Assembly: GCA_003251175.1 (NCBI GenBank)
Contig: QKHC01000114.1
Coordinates: forward strand, 19,350 to 83,349
Origin: Gemmatimonadota bacterium
Lineage (GTDB): Bacteria > Gemmatimonadota > Gemmatimonadetes > Gemmatimonadales > GWC2-71-9
DNA: 64,000 nt
Direction: 5' to 3'
How positions within the stretch are numbered: the stretch's first letter is position 1; each line of letters opens with the position of its first letter. Made by a program: the position numbers and the translations under genes. Shown piece after piece: positions 22,789 to 31,861 of the stretch. Below the pieces are notes generated by a model. The model was given only the letters and a program-made list of their open reading frames with translations. It was not told the origin of the DNA and ran no database searches.

Positions 22789-23354
22789 GCCGCGTTGCGG
22801 GACGCGGCTGCCCCTTCGCCGCGATGGTGCTGGGTTTGGCGGCCACGCCGCTCGCCGCACAGGATTCGAGCGCGCTCGCGGCACCCCGGCCTGCCGCCGC
22901 GGCGGACGTGGCGTCGATCGACGCAGTCATCGCGGCCCTGTACGATGTGATCTCCGGTCCCGCCGGAGAGGCACGGGACTGGGACCGATTTCGGTCGCTT
23001 TTCGCTGCAGGCGCGCGCCTCATCCCCACCCGCCCCACCGCCACGGGTGGGACGGACATGCGGATGCTCGACCCGCAGGGCTACATCGATCGCGCGCGGC
23101 CGTTGCTCGAAGGTGCCGGGTTTTTCGAGCGCGAGATCGGACGGGTCACCGAGGAGTTCGGCAACATCGCGCACGTCTTCAGCGCCTACGCATCCTTCCG
23201 GTCAGCGGGGGACTCGGTGCCCTTCCAGCGCGGCATCAACAGTATCCAACTGCTGAAGGACGGCGATCAGTGGCGCATCGTGACGGTCATGTGGGATGCC
23301 GAGCGCCCCGGCGTCACGATCCCTGATCGCTACCTTCGCGCTTCAGCTCCATGA
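22782..23354 (+). CDS. secreted NTF2-like (SnoaL/DUF4440-type) domain protein
   Basis: Signal peptide ..MVLGLAATPLAAQ. The assignment rests on ..IDAVIAALYDVISG..WDRFRSLF.. and the C-terminal ..SIQLLKDGDQWRIVTVMWD. The family call is tentative. Confidence 0.5.
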   Translation: MVGRVAGRGCPFAAMVLGLAATPLAAQDSSALAAPRPAAAADVASIDAVIAALYDVISGPAGEARDWDRFRSLFAAGARLIPTRPTATGGTDMRMLDPQGYIDRARPLLEGAGFFEREIGRVTEEFGNIAHVFSAYASFRSAGDSVPFQRGINSIQLLKDGDQWRIVTVMWDAERPGVTIPDRYLRASAP

Positions 23355-24027
23355 GCTCGCGCCGCGCCGCCTCCCCGGCCGCGGAGCCACGAAACCGCTC
23401 GGCGAAGTGGGCCAGCTCGACGATGAGGCGGTCCCGGCGGCCCGTGCGACGGTAGAGGTCGATCAGTCCATTGGTGGCCGCGGTTTCCCCCTCGGGAGAC
23501 GGGTGGCGGGACTGCACTTCCTTGTACAACGCTTCCGCTCCGGCGTCATCGGCGAGCCGGGTCTCGAGCAGGTGCGCGAGGCGAAGGCGGGCCTCAGTGT
23601 CATCGGGTTCGACCACCAGGTGATCACGGAAGTAGGCCGCAGCCTCGGCGTACTCACCGCGCGCGATGAGCATCTCCTGTCGCACGTAGGTCGGCCGGCG
23701 ATCTCTCCTGCCCGCGGTCGCCATGCCACCCAACGGGTCACCCGCATGGCGCGTGGCCAGGGCGTTGATCACCAGCACGCCGATGGCGGCGAGCGGGAAA
23801 TCCACGACCAGGAAAATCCCGAACTGGGCGCCGCTGATCGTTCCGATGATCCAGAGTCGATACCATGCGAACGACAGGATGAGGATACACGCCGGTGCGA
23901 ACCAGAACGTAATGCGCAGCAGGCTCGCGACGTCGCGTGCGTCGATGTTGGTCAAGCGACCCGTCCGATGTGCGGGCCCGCGCGCCGCTGTGGGTCGCGA
24001 CGTCCGCTGCGACGGGTTCCGGGCCAT
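23314..24027 (-). CDS. membrane protein with 2 TM helices and a C-terminal TPR-like helical domain (paralog B)
   Basis: FWFAPACILILSFAWY.., VVDFPLAAIGVLVINA. The C-terminus YFRDHLVVEPDDTEARLRLAHLL..GAEALYKEV..NGLIDLYRRTGRRDRLIVELAHFAERFRGSAAGEAARREL is near-identical in blocks to the adjacent gene. Confidence 0.7.
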   Translation of the reverse strand: MARNPSQRTSRPTAARGPAHRTGRLTNIDARDVASLLRITFWFAPACILILSFAWYRLWIIGTISGAQFGIFLVVDFPLAAIGVLVINALATRHAGDPLGGMATAGRRDRRPTYVRQEMLIARGEYAEAAAYFRDHLVVEPDDTEARLRLAHLLETRLADDAGAEALYKEVQSRHPSPEGETAATNGLIDLYRRTGRRDRLIVELAHFAERFRGSAAGEAARRELMELKREGSDQGS

Positions 24028-24030
24028 GGA

Positions 24031-24735
24031 TCAGGACGCCTCGTCGGCCTTCAAGGCGACGAGCTCGCGCTGCGCCGCGTCGCCTGCGGCGGACCCTCGA
24101 TGGCGCTCGGCAAATCGCGCCAGCTCAACCATCAGCCGACCACGCTGACCGGTGCGTCGGTACAGGTCGATGAGTCCGTTCGCGGCGGCCGTCGCTTCAC
24201 TGGGGGTCGGCACGCGGAGCCGGACTTCTTTATAGAGCGCCTCCGCGCCCGTCGGATCGTCGAGGTGTGCCTCGAGGAGCGCGGCGAGCCGCAGGCGCGC
24301 CCCGTTGTCATCGGGCTCCACCACCAGGTGATCGCGGAAATACCCGGCCGCTTCGGCGTACTGCCCGCGGGCGATCATCACCTCCTGGCGGGGGTACGCC
24401 CGCGGAGGTGGTAGATCGCGGGCCGAATAGACCGTGCGGATCAACCCCGACGCAGCCCCGTGCACCCCGGCATGGATCGCGAAGACGCCAATGGCCGCAA
24501 TGGGAAAGTTCAGGAAGACCAGCAGTGTGAACACTCCGCCGGAAATCCAACCGCGTGCGAAACAGAAATACCACAGGAACGACAGCATGATGACGCATGC
24601 CGGCGCGAACAAGAACCCGATCTTCATGAGTTCCGCGGCCTCGGACAGATCCCGATCGCGCGGGCGGAGCGGATCGGGGTTTGGCGGCTCCGGCGACGAC
24701 GGCCGGCGAATCGGCTCCTGATAGGGCACCGGCAT
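24031..24735 (-). CDS. membrane protein with 2 TM helices and a C-terminal TPR-like helical domain (paralog A)
   Basis: ATG 24735 shares one base with the nitrilase stop (TGATG). Peptide MPVPYQEP..IGFLFAPACVIMLSFLWY.., [63 protein letters not shown]. Confidence 0.7.
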   Translation of the reverse strand: MPVPYQEPIRRPSSPEPPNPDPLRPRDRDLSEAAELMKIGFLFAPACVIMLSFLWYFCFARGWISGGVFTLLVFLNFPIAAIGVFAIHAGVHGAASGLIRTVYSARDLPPPRAYPRQEVMIARGQYAEAAGYFRDHLVVEPDDNGARLRLAALLEAHLDDPTGAEALYKEVRLRVPTPSEATAAANGLIDLYRRTGQRGRLMVELARFAERHRGSAAGDAAQRELVALKADEAS

Positions 24736-25670
24736 CACGGCGCTCCCGCCCGGGGCTGGCGCAAGCGAAAGTCGAACAGATCCGGCCGGGCGTAGTGACC
24801 GCTCACGTCCAGCGTCAGCGACTCGCGCACAATCTCTCCCAGATCGCAGTCCGCCACCACGACGGTCTCCTCGTCGAAGACCGGTCCGGCCAGGTACCGA
24901 CCATCCGGAGCGATCACCGCACTGCCGCCGCGGTACAACAGCGCCTCCGGATCGGCTGCCTTGTCGGGACGCACAGGCAGCTCGGGGGGAAGATCTCGCA
25001 CTCGCAGCTGCTGCCCGGCCGCGATCACGAAGCAGCGGCCCTCGAAGGCGTAGTGGCGCGACGCCAGCTGGTGCAACTCGTGTACCGCTGGCCACGCCGC
25101 CACGTGGATGTCCTCACCGGCGTCATGCATGACCTGCCGGACGAGCGGCATCCAGTGTTCCCAGCAGATGAGGCCACCGATCCGCACATCGCCGACCCGC
25201 GGTGCCGCCAGTCCCCGACCGTCCCCCAGGCCCCAGATGAGCCGCTCCTGGTAGGTCGGCACCAGCTTGCGATGATGGTTCGCCAGCGTGCCGTCGGGAG
25301 CGAAGGTGAGGAGGGAATTGTAGAGCGTGCGGCCCGCCCGCTCATGGACTCCCACTACGAGCGCCACGCCGCACTGGCGAGCGGCGGCAGCGATCCGGAC
25401 CGTGGCCGGCCCCGGAACCGCAACACTGTTCTCGTACAGGCGCTGGAACACGGCGCGCGCGCCGGGGTGGTCCCAGAGGGCTGCGCCGGGGGATTCGTCG
25501 AGCCAGCCGGGATATCCGGGGAGCCAGGCTTCGGGAAACACGACGATCGCCGCTCCCTGGTCCGCGGCGCGCGCCGTCCACGCCTCGAGGCGCGTCAGCG
25601 TCGCGGCGAGGTCGAGGAACGCGGGCCCGGCTTGGACCGCGGCCACACGCACGGTTCCTGCTGCCTTCAT
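24735..25670 (-). CDS. nitrilase / carbon-nitrogen hydrolase family enzyme
   Basis: VRVAAVQAGPAFLD, VVFPEAWLPGYP, HRKLVPT and IGGLICWEHWMP give the Glu-Lys-Cys triad context. ATG 25670; the upstream part of the ORF track is an extension. Confidence 0.85.
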   Translation of the reverse strand: MKAAGTVRVAAVQAGPAFLDLAATLTRLEAWTARAADQGAAIVVFPEAWLPGYPGWLDESPGAALWDHPGARAVFQRLYENSVAVPGPATVRIAAAARQCGVALVVGVHERAGRTLYNSLLTFAPDGTLANHHRKLVPTYQERLIWGLGDGRGLAAPRVGDVRIGGLICWEHWMPLVRQVMHDAGEDIHVAAWPAVHELHQLASRHYAFEGRCFVIAAGQQLRVRDLPPELPVRPDKAADPEALLYRGGSAVIAPDGRYLAGPVFDEETVVVADCDLGEIVRESLTLDVSGHYARPDLFDFRLRQPRAGAP

Positions 25671-25745
25671 GCCGACGCCAGATTGCGGGCGAAACGCGGG
25701 CGGCGCAAGTTCCGTAGGTAGTCTTGGAGCAGTACGGAGGGACTG

Positions 25746-26003
25746 ATGCTCAGCCTGATACTGGGAAGTGCAGCCTTGGGAGCCGGATTCTATTACACGC
25801 GCCGCTTCGTGCGCGAGCGCTTGCGGTTCGTCACCGCCGTCCAGCGCCCGGCGGCACCCGTCGTGGCCGGTGTGGTGGCGACGGCGCTGGCCGTGCCGGT
25901 GGTGGCGCTGCTGCCGATTGTCGGCGCGGGAACGGCGGTCGCCACGGGTGTCGGTGTTGCCGTTGGCGTTGCCACCGGACGCCGTGACCATCCGGAGCCC
26001 TGA
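25746..26003 (+). CDS. small membrane protein (85 aa, Gly/Ala/Val-rich)
   Basis: SD GGAGGG precedes ATG 25746. Two hydrophobic segments including a GVGVAVGVATG glycine-zipper-like run. Confidence 0.5.
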   Translation: MLSLILGSAALGAGFYYTRRFVRERLRFVTAVQRPAAPVVAGVVATALAVPVVALLPIVGAGTAVATGVGVAVGVATGRRDHPEP

Positions 26004-26018
26004 CCCGCACCCGCCCCG

Positions 26019-26456
26019 ATGCCGTCTCGCGCCGCCGTCATCCTGCTCACCCTGGCTGCGATCGGATCGACGTCGGCGCCCACCCAGACGCGTTGGGAAC
26101 GCCAGGTCAGCGACCAGCTACGGGTAATCGCCACCGACATCGCGGCGGCAGGATGGCGCCGCGCTGGCGATCCGCTCACCGGCGAGCTGCGCCAGGGGCA
26201 GGACGAGACGCTACGCGTGCCACTGCGGGGAGATGTCGAGTACGCACTCGTGGCGCTCTGTGACGAGGATTGTCGTGACATCGAGCTGACAGTCCTCGGC
26301 GCAGGCGACACCGTCCTGGCCCGCAGCGAGGGATGGAGCGCCCGGCCGATGCTCGAGTTGCGGCCGAGCGAGAGCGGGAAGTACCGCGTCGTCGTGACGA
26401 TGTCGCACTGCAGCACCAGCCCGTGCGCCTACGGGGTCGGCCTCTTCCAGAAGTAG
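26019..26456 (+). CDS. secreted protein, unknown function
   Basis: Signal peptide MPSRAAVILLTLAAIGSTSA. Cys-containing beta-rich domain (..LCDEDCRDIELTV.., ..MSHCSTSPCAYGVGLF). Confidence 0.55.
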   Translation: MPSRAAVILLTLAAIGSTSAPTQTRWERQVSDQLRVIATDIAAAGWRRAGDPLTGELRQGQDETLRVPLRGDVEYALVALCDEDCRDIELTVLGAGDTVLARSEGWSARPMLELRPSESGKYRVVVTMSHCSTSPCAYGVGLFQK

Positions 26457-26466
26457 CGTTCCGCGA

Positions 26467-27675
26467 CTAGCCGCCTCCCAGCTCGTCGGCAACCCGCTCC
26501 GCCGCCCGCAACACCCGCAGCACGTTCAGACCCGCCAGTTTCTGAAGATCCGTATCGCTCCAACCACGGCGCGCCAACTCGACCAGCAGATCGGGAAACT
26601 TCGACACGTTCTCCAAGCCGACGGGCACCGAGCTGATGCCGTCGAAGTCCGACCCCAGTCCAACGCAATCGATGCCGCACAGCTGTCGGATGTGCTCAAC
26701 GTGATCGGCGACCTGCGCGAGCGTGGCGCGCGGGGCGCGGGACTCCCACACGCGCAGCGAGTCACGCGCCGTGGCGGTATCGGCCCCGGCGGCGACCAGC
26801 GCAATGACCCGCGGCCCGGTGAATCCCCATTCTTCGTCGTATTGTCGCGCTTCCTCCGACACGAAGAAGGGAGCGAAATTGACCATCACCACCCCGCCCT
26901 GCGCGCCCACCATCTCGAGGATCGAGTCAGGCACGTTGCGCACGTGGTGCGTGACCGCGCGCGCGGACGAATGCGAATAGATGACCGGGGCGCGCGACAC
27001 GCGCAGCGCATCCATCATCGTGGCATCGGACACGTGAGACAGATCCACCAGCATGCCGAGCCGGTTCATTTCTCGCACGACATCTTCCCCGAACGGGGTC
27101 AGGCCATCATGGCGGGCTGTGTCTGTTGCGGCGTCCGCCCAGTCATGGCCCAGCCAGTGGGTGAGGGTCATGTACCGCACCCCCAGCTCGGCGAACGCTC
27201 GCAGCACACCCAGCGAGCTCTCGATGGCGTGGCCGCCTTCGACGCCGATCAGACAGGAGATCTTCCCTGCCTTGCGATTGCGCTCGATTTCCGCAGCCGT
27301 ACGCGCCGCCGCGAAGGTGTCCGGGTAGCGCGCGCACATCCGGTGAATCAGCTCGATTTGCTCGAGGGCGAACACCGCCGGGTGGGTTCCCGCGCGCATG
27401 GTGCTCACCGGAACATACGCCGCCCAGAACTGGGCGCCCACGCCTCCCGCGCGGAGGCGCGCGATGTCCGTGTGCAAGCCAGGCTGAGGGCTCGCGAGAT
27501 CGACCGAATCGAGGCCGCCGCGGTCGCGGATCGCATCCGGCAGGTCGTTGTGGCCGTCGACCACGGGAACGGACCGCAGCAGTCGCTGCACACGATCGCG
27601 TTCCGGGGTCTGACCCGACAGCGGTGCGGTCACGAGGAGCGCGAGGACGGCGGCGGCTATCGTGGGACGTAGCAT
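26467..27675 (-). CDS. membrane (renal-type) dipeptidase, peptidase family M19
   Basis: Signal peptide, then VVDGHNDLP, FWAAYV, IGVEGGH, MTLTHW, VDLSHVS, YSHSSAR and DFDG are family motifs. Confidence 0.9.
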   Translation of the reverse strand: MLRPTIAAAVLALLVTAPLSGQTPERDRVQRLLRSVPVVDGHNDLPDAIRDRGGLDSVDLASPQPGLHTDIARLRAGGVGAQFWAAYVPVSTMRAGTHPAVFALEQIELIHRMCARYPDTFAAARTAAEIERNRKAGKISCLIGVEGGHAIESSLGVLRAFAELGVRYMTLTHWLGHDWADAATDTARHDGLTPFGEDVVREMNRLGMLVDLSHVSDATMMDALRVSRAPVIYSHSSARAVTHHVRNVPDSILEMVGAQGGVVMVNFAPFFVSEEARQYDEEWGFTGPRVIALVAAGADTATARDSLRVWESRAPRATLAQVADHVEHIRQLCGIDCVGLGSDFDGISSVPVGLENVSKFPDLLVELARRGWSDTDLQKLAGLNVLRVLRAAERVADELGGG

Positions 27676-27782
27676 CAGGGCTTCCGTGTGGGAATGCCGA
27701 AAGGTGGCACCTCATGGGGGAGCGTTCAATGGCCCGGCTACCGCCGGTGCCGGCGTGAGACGGCGACGTTACCTTACCAGCG

Positions 27783-28301
27783 ATGACCGACCCGAAGGCT
27801 GTAATCGCTCTCACCGTCAATGGCGAGCCGGTCGAAGTGGCCTTCGCGCCGCACAAGACACTGCTCGAAGTGCTGCGCGAGGACCTGGGGCTCACCGGTA
27901 CGAAGCACGGTTGCGAGCTGGGGGAGTGCGGCACCTGCGCGGTGCTGGTGGACGGGAAGCCGGTGCTGTCCTGCCTGGTGCTGGGGTTGACCTGCGCCGG
28001 TCGGCAGGTGCGCACCGTCGAAGGAATGGTGCGGGACGGCCAGCTGCACCCGCTTCAGGCGGCCTTCGCGGACCTGGGTGCGGCACAGTGCGGCTACTGC
28101 ACACCCGGCTTTCTGTTGACGGCCGAGGCGTTGCTCGCGACCGACCCCGCCCCGACCCGGGAGCGGATCAAGGAGGCGCTCGCCGGCAACCTCTGCCGGT
28201 GCACGGGCTACCTCAAGATCTACGAGGCGGTCGAGCTGGCCGCCGCCCGGATGCGGGGCGAGGACGCCGAGCCGGCACCGGAGACGCTGTATGGCAACTG
28301 A
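27783..28301 (+). CDS. molybdenum hydroxylase small subunit, [2Fe-2S]-binding (CoxS/XdhC-iron-sulfur type)
   Basis: GCELGECGTCAVLVDGKPVLSC and QCGYCTPGFLL..NLCRCTGY are the two Fe-S cluster motifs. Confidence 0.9.
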   Translation: MTDPKAVIALTVNGEPVEVAFAPHKTLLEVLREDLGLTGTKHGCELGECGTCAVLVDGKPVLSCLVLGLTCAGRQVRTVEGMVRDGQLHPLQAAFADLGAAQCGYCTPGFLLTAEALLATDPAPTRERIKEALAGNLCRCTGYLKIYEAVELAAARMRGEDAEPAPETLYGN

Positions 28302-30816
28302 CGGGCGGTCAGGCGGTCAGGCGGTCGAGCGGTCGAGCGCCGGAGAGGCGACCGCCGGTCCGCCTGTCCGCCCACCCGCCGTCATCGGCAAAGCGCTCCG
28401 CAAAGTTGACGCGGTGGCCAAGGTCACCGGTCGCACACGGTTCGCGGACGACCTGTCGCTTCCGCGGATGCTCTACTGCAGGCTGCTGCGCAGCCCGCAT
28501 CCGCACGCCGAGATCGCGCGCGTGGACGTCTCGCGGGCGCTCGTGGCCGACGGGGTGCGGGCAGTCATCACCGGGCGCGACCTGCCCATTCCCTTCGGCA
28601 TCCTCCCTGTGAGCCAGGACGAGCACGCCCTCTGCCCGGATCGTGTCCGTTTCGTCGGCGATCCGGTGGCGGCTGTCGCGGCGACGTCGGAGGAGGCGGC
28701 CACGGCCGCGCTCGATCTGGTTGCGGTCGACTACCGGGTGCTGCCGGCCATCGCCTCCCCCGCCGAAGCCGTCGCCACACCCGAGCCCCGAATTCACGAC
28801 TACGGCGACGACGGCAACCTGCACAAACTGATCGACCTCGAGTTCGGAACCGTGGACGAGGGATTCGCGCAGGCGGATGCCGTGCGCGAAGATCTCTTCT
28901 TCTTTGGCGGCAACACTCACCTGCCCATGGAGCAGCACGCCGCCCTGGCGGAGTGGTCGCCGGACGGCAAGCTGACGATCTGGTCCTCGACCCAAACGCC
29001 GCACTACCTCCATCGGGCGCTCGCCAAGGTGCTGGAGCTGCCGCCCGCCAGGATCCGGGTGGTCGCCACGCCGAATGGCGGCGGCTTCGGCGGCAAGAGT
29101 GATCCATTCAACCACGAGATCGTGGTCGCGAAGCTCGCCATGATGACGGGCCGGCCGGTCAAGATCACCCTGACCCGCGAAGAGGTGTTCTACTGCCATC
29201 GCGGGCGTCATCCGACACTGATGTGGGTCCGGACCGGCGTGAAGCGAGACGGCGCGATCACCGCGATGCACTTCAAGTCACTGCTCGACGGTGGCGGGTA
29301 CGGCTCCTATGGCGTGGCGAGCACCTACTACACGGGAGCCCTTCAGACAGTCACCTACCAGGTGCCCCGCTATCGGTTCCAGGGTGCCCGGGCGTTCACC
29401 AACAAGCCCCCGTGTGGGCCGAAGCGCGGACACGGCACGCCGCAGCCCCGCTTCGCGCTCGAAGTTCAGATCGACAAGCTCGCCGAGCAGCTGGGACTCG
29501 ATCCGGCCGAGATGCGGCTCAGGCACCTCCAGCCTCCCAATGGGGTCACCGCCAACTGGCTGCGGATCGGCTCGATGGGCCTGGGACCCTGTATCGAGCG
29601 CGTTGTGGCGGGCTCGGACTGGAAGTCACGATTCCGCCAGCTGCCCGAGGGCCGCGGACTCGGCCTCGCCTGCTCATCGTACATCTCCGGGGCGGGACTG
29701 CCGATCTACTGGAACAACATGCCGCACTCGGGCGTGCAACTGAAGTGCGATCGCGGTGGGGGGGTCACCGTATTCTGCGGCTCCACTGAGATCGGCCAGG
29801 GGTCCGACTCGGTGCTCGCCTACATCGTGGCGGAGGTGCTGGGCCTCGATCCGTTCGACGTCACCGTGGTCACCGCCGACACCGATCTGACCCCCGTCGA
29901 CCTGGGCTCCTACTCGAGCCGGGTGACGCTGATGACTGGTAATGCGGCGCTGCAGGCAGCGGAACGCGCGCGGGAAGTCATCACGGCAGCGGTCGCCCGC
30001 AAGCTGCAGCTGCCGACGCCACGCATCGTCTTCGCCGCCGGGCGTGTCTTCGACACGCAGGCCCCCGACGCCGGCATGTCGTTCGCCGAGGCCGTGCAGC
30101 TGGCGGAGGCCGCCGGCGGGACGGTGGGGACCGTCGGTTCGTATACGCCACCCCGCAGTCCCGGTCGCTACCGGGGAGCTGGCGTGGGACCCTCGCCCGC
30201 GTACTCCTACAGCGCGTGCGTCGCCGAGGTCACCGTGGATCCGGCCACCGGTATCGTCGCCGTCCCCAAGGTCTGGATCGCTCATGACATCGGACGCTCG
30301 ATCAACGCGGCAGCCGTGATGGGCCAGGTGGAAGGGTCCATCTACATGGGACTGGGCGAAGCGCTCATGGAAGAGATGGTGCACCGCGACCATGAGCGGC
30401 GTCTGGTGCACAAGTGGCCCAGCCTGCTCGAGTACAAGAGTCCGACAACGCTCGAAATGTGCGATGTGGTGACGTACCTGGTCGAGGACCCCGATCCCAA
30501 TGGCCCGTTTGGAGCCAAGGAAGTGGGCCAGGGTCCCCTGCTGCCGGTCATGCCGGCGGTGGCGAACGCCGTCTACGACGCCGTCGGGGTGCGGGTGGAC
30601 GAAGTCCCCATCACACCGGAGAAGGTCCTGAGGGCGCTGAAACGGAAGGCCAAGGGAGAAGACCCGCGGGTCGGGCCCGCCGGATTCCCTGACATCCGCT
30701 GGCCGGAGCCCACGCGCGTGCCGACCCCCTGGGAGGGCGGTGACGGCAAGGCGCTGGGGCAGACCACGAAGTCGGAGACGACTACCGCGAAAGTCCGGCC
30801 CGAGCGACAACACTGA
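28291..30816 (+). CDS. molybdenum hydroxylase large subunit, molybdopterin-binding (CoxL/XDH family); substrate unknown
   Basis: GKALRKVDAVAKVTGRTRFADD, the Ald_Xan_dh_C-type core, GGGFGGKS and GEALMEEM. ATG 28291 overlaps the small-subunit end by 11 nt. Confidence 0.9.
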   Translation: MATDGRSGGQAVERSSAGEATAGPPVRPPAVIGKALRKVDAVAKVTGRTRFADDLSLPRMLYCRLLRSPHPHAEIARVDVSRALVADGVRAVITGRDLPIPFGILPVSQDEHALCPDRVRFVGDPVAAVAATSEEAATAALDLVAVDYRVLPAIASPAEAVATPEPRIHDYGDDGNLHKLIDLEFGTVDEGFAQADAVREDLFFFGGNTHLPMEQHAALAEWSPDGKLTIWSSTQTPHYLHRALAKVLELPPARIRVVATPNGGGFGGKSDPFNHEIVVAKLAMMTGRPVKITLTREEVFYCHRGRHPTLMWVRTGVKRDGAITAMHFKSLLDGGGYGSYGVASTYYTGALQTVTYQVPRYRFQGARAFTNKPPCGPKRGHGTPQPRFALEVQIDKLAEQLGLDPAEMRLRHLQPPNGVTANWLRIGSMGLGPCIERVVAGSDWKSRFRQLPEGRGLGLACSSYISGAGLPIYWNNMPHSGVQLKCDRGGGVTVFCGSTEIGQGSDSVLAYIVAEVLGLDPFDVTVVTADTDLTPVDLGSYSSRVTLMTGNAALQAAERAREVITAAVARKLQLPTPRIVFAAGRVFDTQAPDAGMSFAEAVQLAEAAGGTVGTVGSYTPPRSPGRYRGAGVGPSPAYSYSACVAEVTVDPATGIVAVPKVWIAHDIGRSINAAAVMGQVEGSIYMGLGEALMEEMVHRDHERRLVHKWPSLLEYKSPTTLEMCDVVTYLVEDPDPNGPFGAKEVGQGPLLPVMPAVANAVYDAVGVRVDEVPITPEKVLRALKRKAKGEDPRVGPAGFPDIRWPEPTRVPTPWEGGDGKALGQTTKSETTTAKVRPERQH
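28304..28335 (+). repeat. octanucleotide tandem repeat, 4 units: GGCGGTCA GGCGGTCA GGCGGTCG AGCGGTCG
   Basis: Read directly. It lies 13 nt into the large-subunit ORF, immediately after the small-subunit stop. It shares the 14-mer GGGCGGTCAGGCGG with the repeat at 36065-36094. Confidence 0.8.
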
Positions 30817-30902
30817 GTGATCCACGGGAGCCCCGCACATGCCACTGTCGGGAGCAGCTACCCCCAAGCAGCAATTCCTCGACACCTCCGGGCCCCAAGG
30901 TC

Positions 30903-31049
30903 TTGGGAAGCGTCACCCGCCGATGGCTGTTGTGGTTCCTCCTGCATGACGAGATCCATCACCGGGGCCAGTTTTCGGTGTACCTGCGAATGGCCGGAGG
31001 CCAGGTCCCGTCGATCTACGGTCCGAGTGGGGATGAGCCGTGGCTGTGA
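30903..31049 (+). pseudogene. remnant of a DinB-superfamily gene (C-terminal approx 45 codons only)
   Basis: The frame reads ..RRWLLWFLLHDEIHHRGQFSVYLRMAGGQVPSIYGPSGDEPWL*, the typical last helix and tail of DinB/YfiT-like proteins (HHRGQ..YLR..G..VPSIYGPS). The N-terminal two thirds are absent because the large-subunit stop is only about 90 nt upstream. Confidence 0.5.
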
Positions 31050-31097
31050 ACGCAAGCGAGCGGTGCGCCGGCTGATCGATGCACGCGGTGCCCGCGC

Positions 31098-31760
31098 TCA
31101 CCGCTCTCCGATCCGGCGGTGGAGGTGTCGGACCGCGAGCGTACTGAGCGCAATCCCGGCGATGCCAAGGCCGACCAGCAGGAGGTAGTCCCCGCGAACG
31201 AAGCTCTGCCCCAGGTACACCGCGCCGATGGCGAACGGGAGCTCCGCGAGGGCCAGTGCCACCGCGTACACGCCGGGGCGGCAGCGCACCACCCCCAGCA
31301 CATACCCGGGGATCTCCGACGGCAAGGCGAGTTGGAACAGCAGAATCATGCGAAATTCCGCACGGTCACTGATGCGCGCGGCGTAGTAGGACAACCGGGC
31401 GGGCGAGATGGCCCACGCCGCCACCCGGTGTCCCAGCGTGCGGCCGATGAGATACGATGCCAGGCCGCCCAGGAACCACGCACCCCACAACAGCACCAGG
31501 GTGGTCAGCTTCCCCCACGCGTACACCGCAACGGGGACGATCACCGCGCTCGAAAAGAAGGCGAGCATCGCCGACAGCACGGATACCAGAACGAAGACGA
31601 TCTTCCCCAGACTCGGGTGAGCCAGGATGATCACCCGCGCTTGTTCCAAGCCGTCGCGCAGCACGGTGCGTACGGCATCGGAGGCTGCGAGACCGGCCGC
31701 GGCAGCCAGCAGCAGCGCGAGAACCCAGACCCGGTGCTGGTATGCGGCCCGTTCGGGCAT
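31098..31760 (-). CDS. TVP38/TMEM64 (DedA-related, SNARE-associated) family membrane protein
   Basis: Polytopic membrane protein. Family-like stretches are ..FFSSAVIVPVAVYAWGKL.., LLFQLALPSEIPGYVLGV. ATG 31760 is preceded by TATCAT at a 6-nt distance. Confidence 0.65.
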   Translation of the reverse strand: MPERAAYQHRVWVLALLLAAAAGLAASDAVRTVLRDGLEQARVIILAHPSLGKIVFVLVSVLSAMLAFFSSAVIVPVAVYAWGKLTTLVLLWGAWFLGGLASYLIGRTLGHRVAAWAISPARLSYYAARISDRAEFRMILLFQLALPSEIPGYVLGVVRCRPGVYAVALALAELPFAIGAVYLGQSFVRGDYLLLVGLGIAGIALSTLAVRHLHRRIGER

Positions 31761-31861
31761 GGTCCAATGATAACGGACGAGCGCGGCGCAGCGGCGCAGT
31801 AGCACCGCCACTCGTCCTTCGTGCCGACCCACCAGTCCCGGGGCGGCCCACAGGGTATTGC

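Noticed and set aside
30817-31188. 123-aa ORF (30817..31188 +) right after the large-subunit gene.
   Set aside because: No domain. Cys/Arg-rich. It overlaps the 3' end of the convergent TVP38-family gene. The only meaningful reading of this gap is the DinB-like remnant in another frame.
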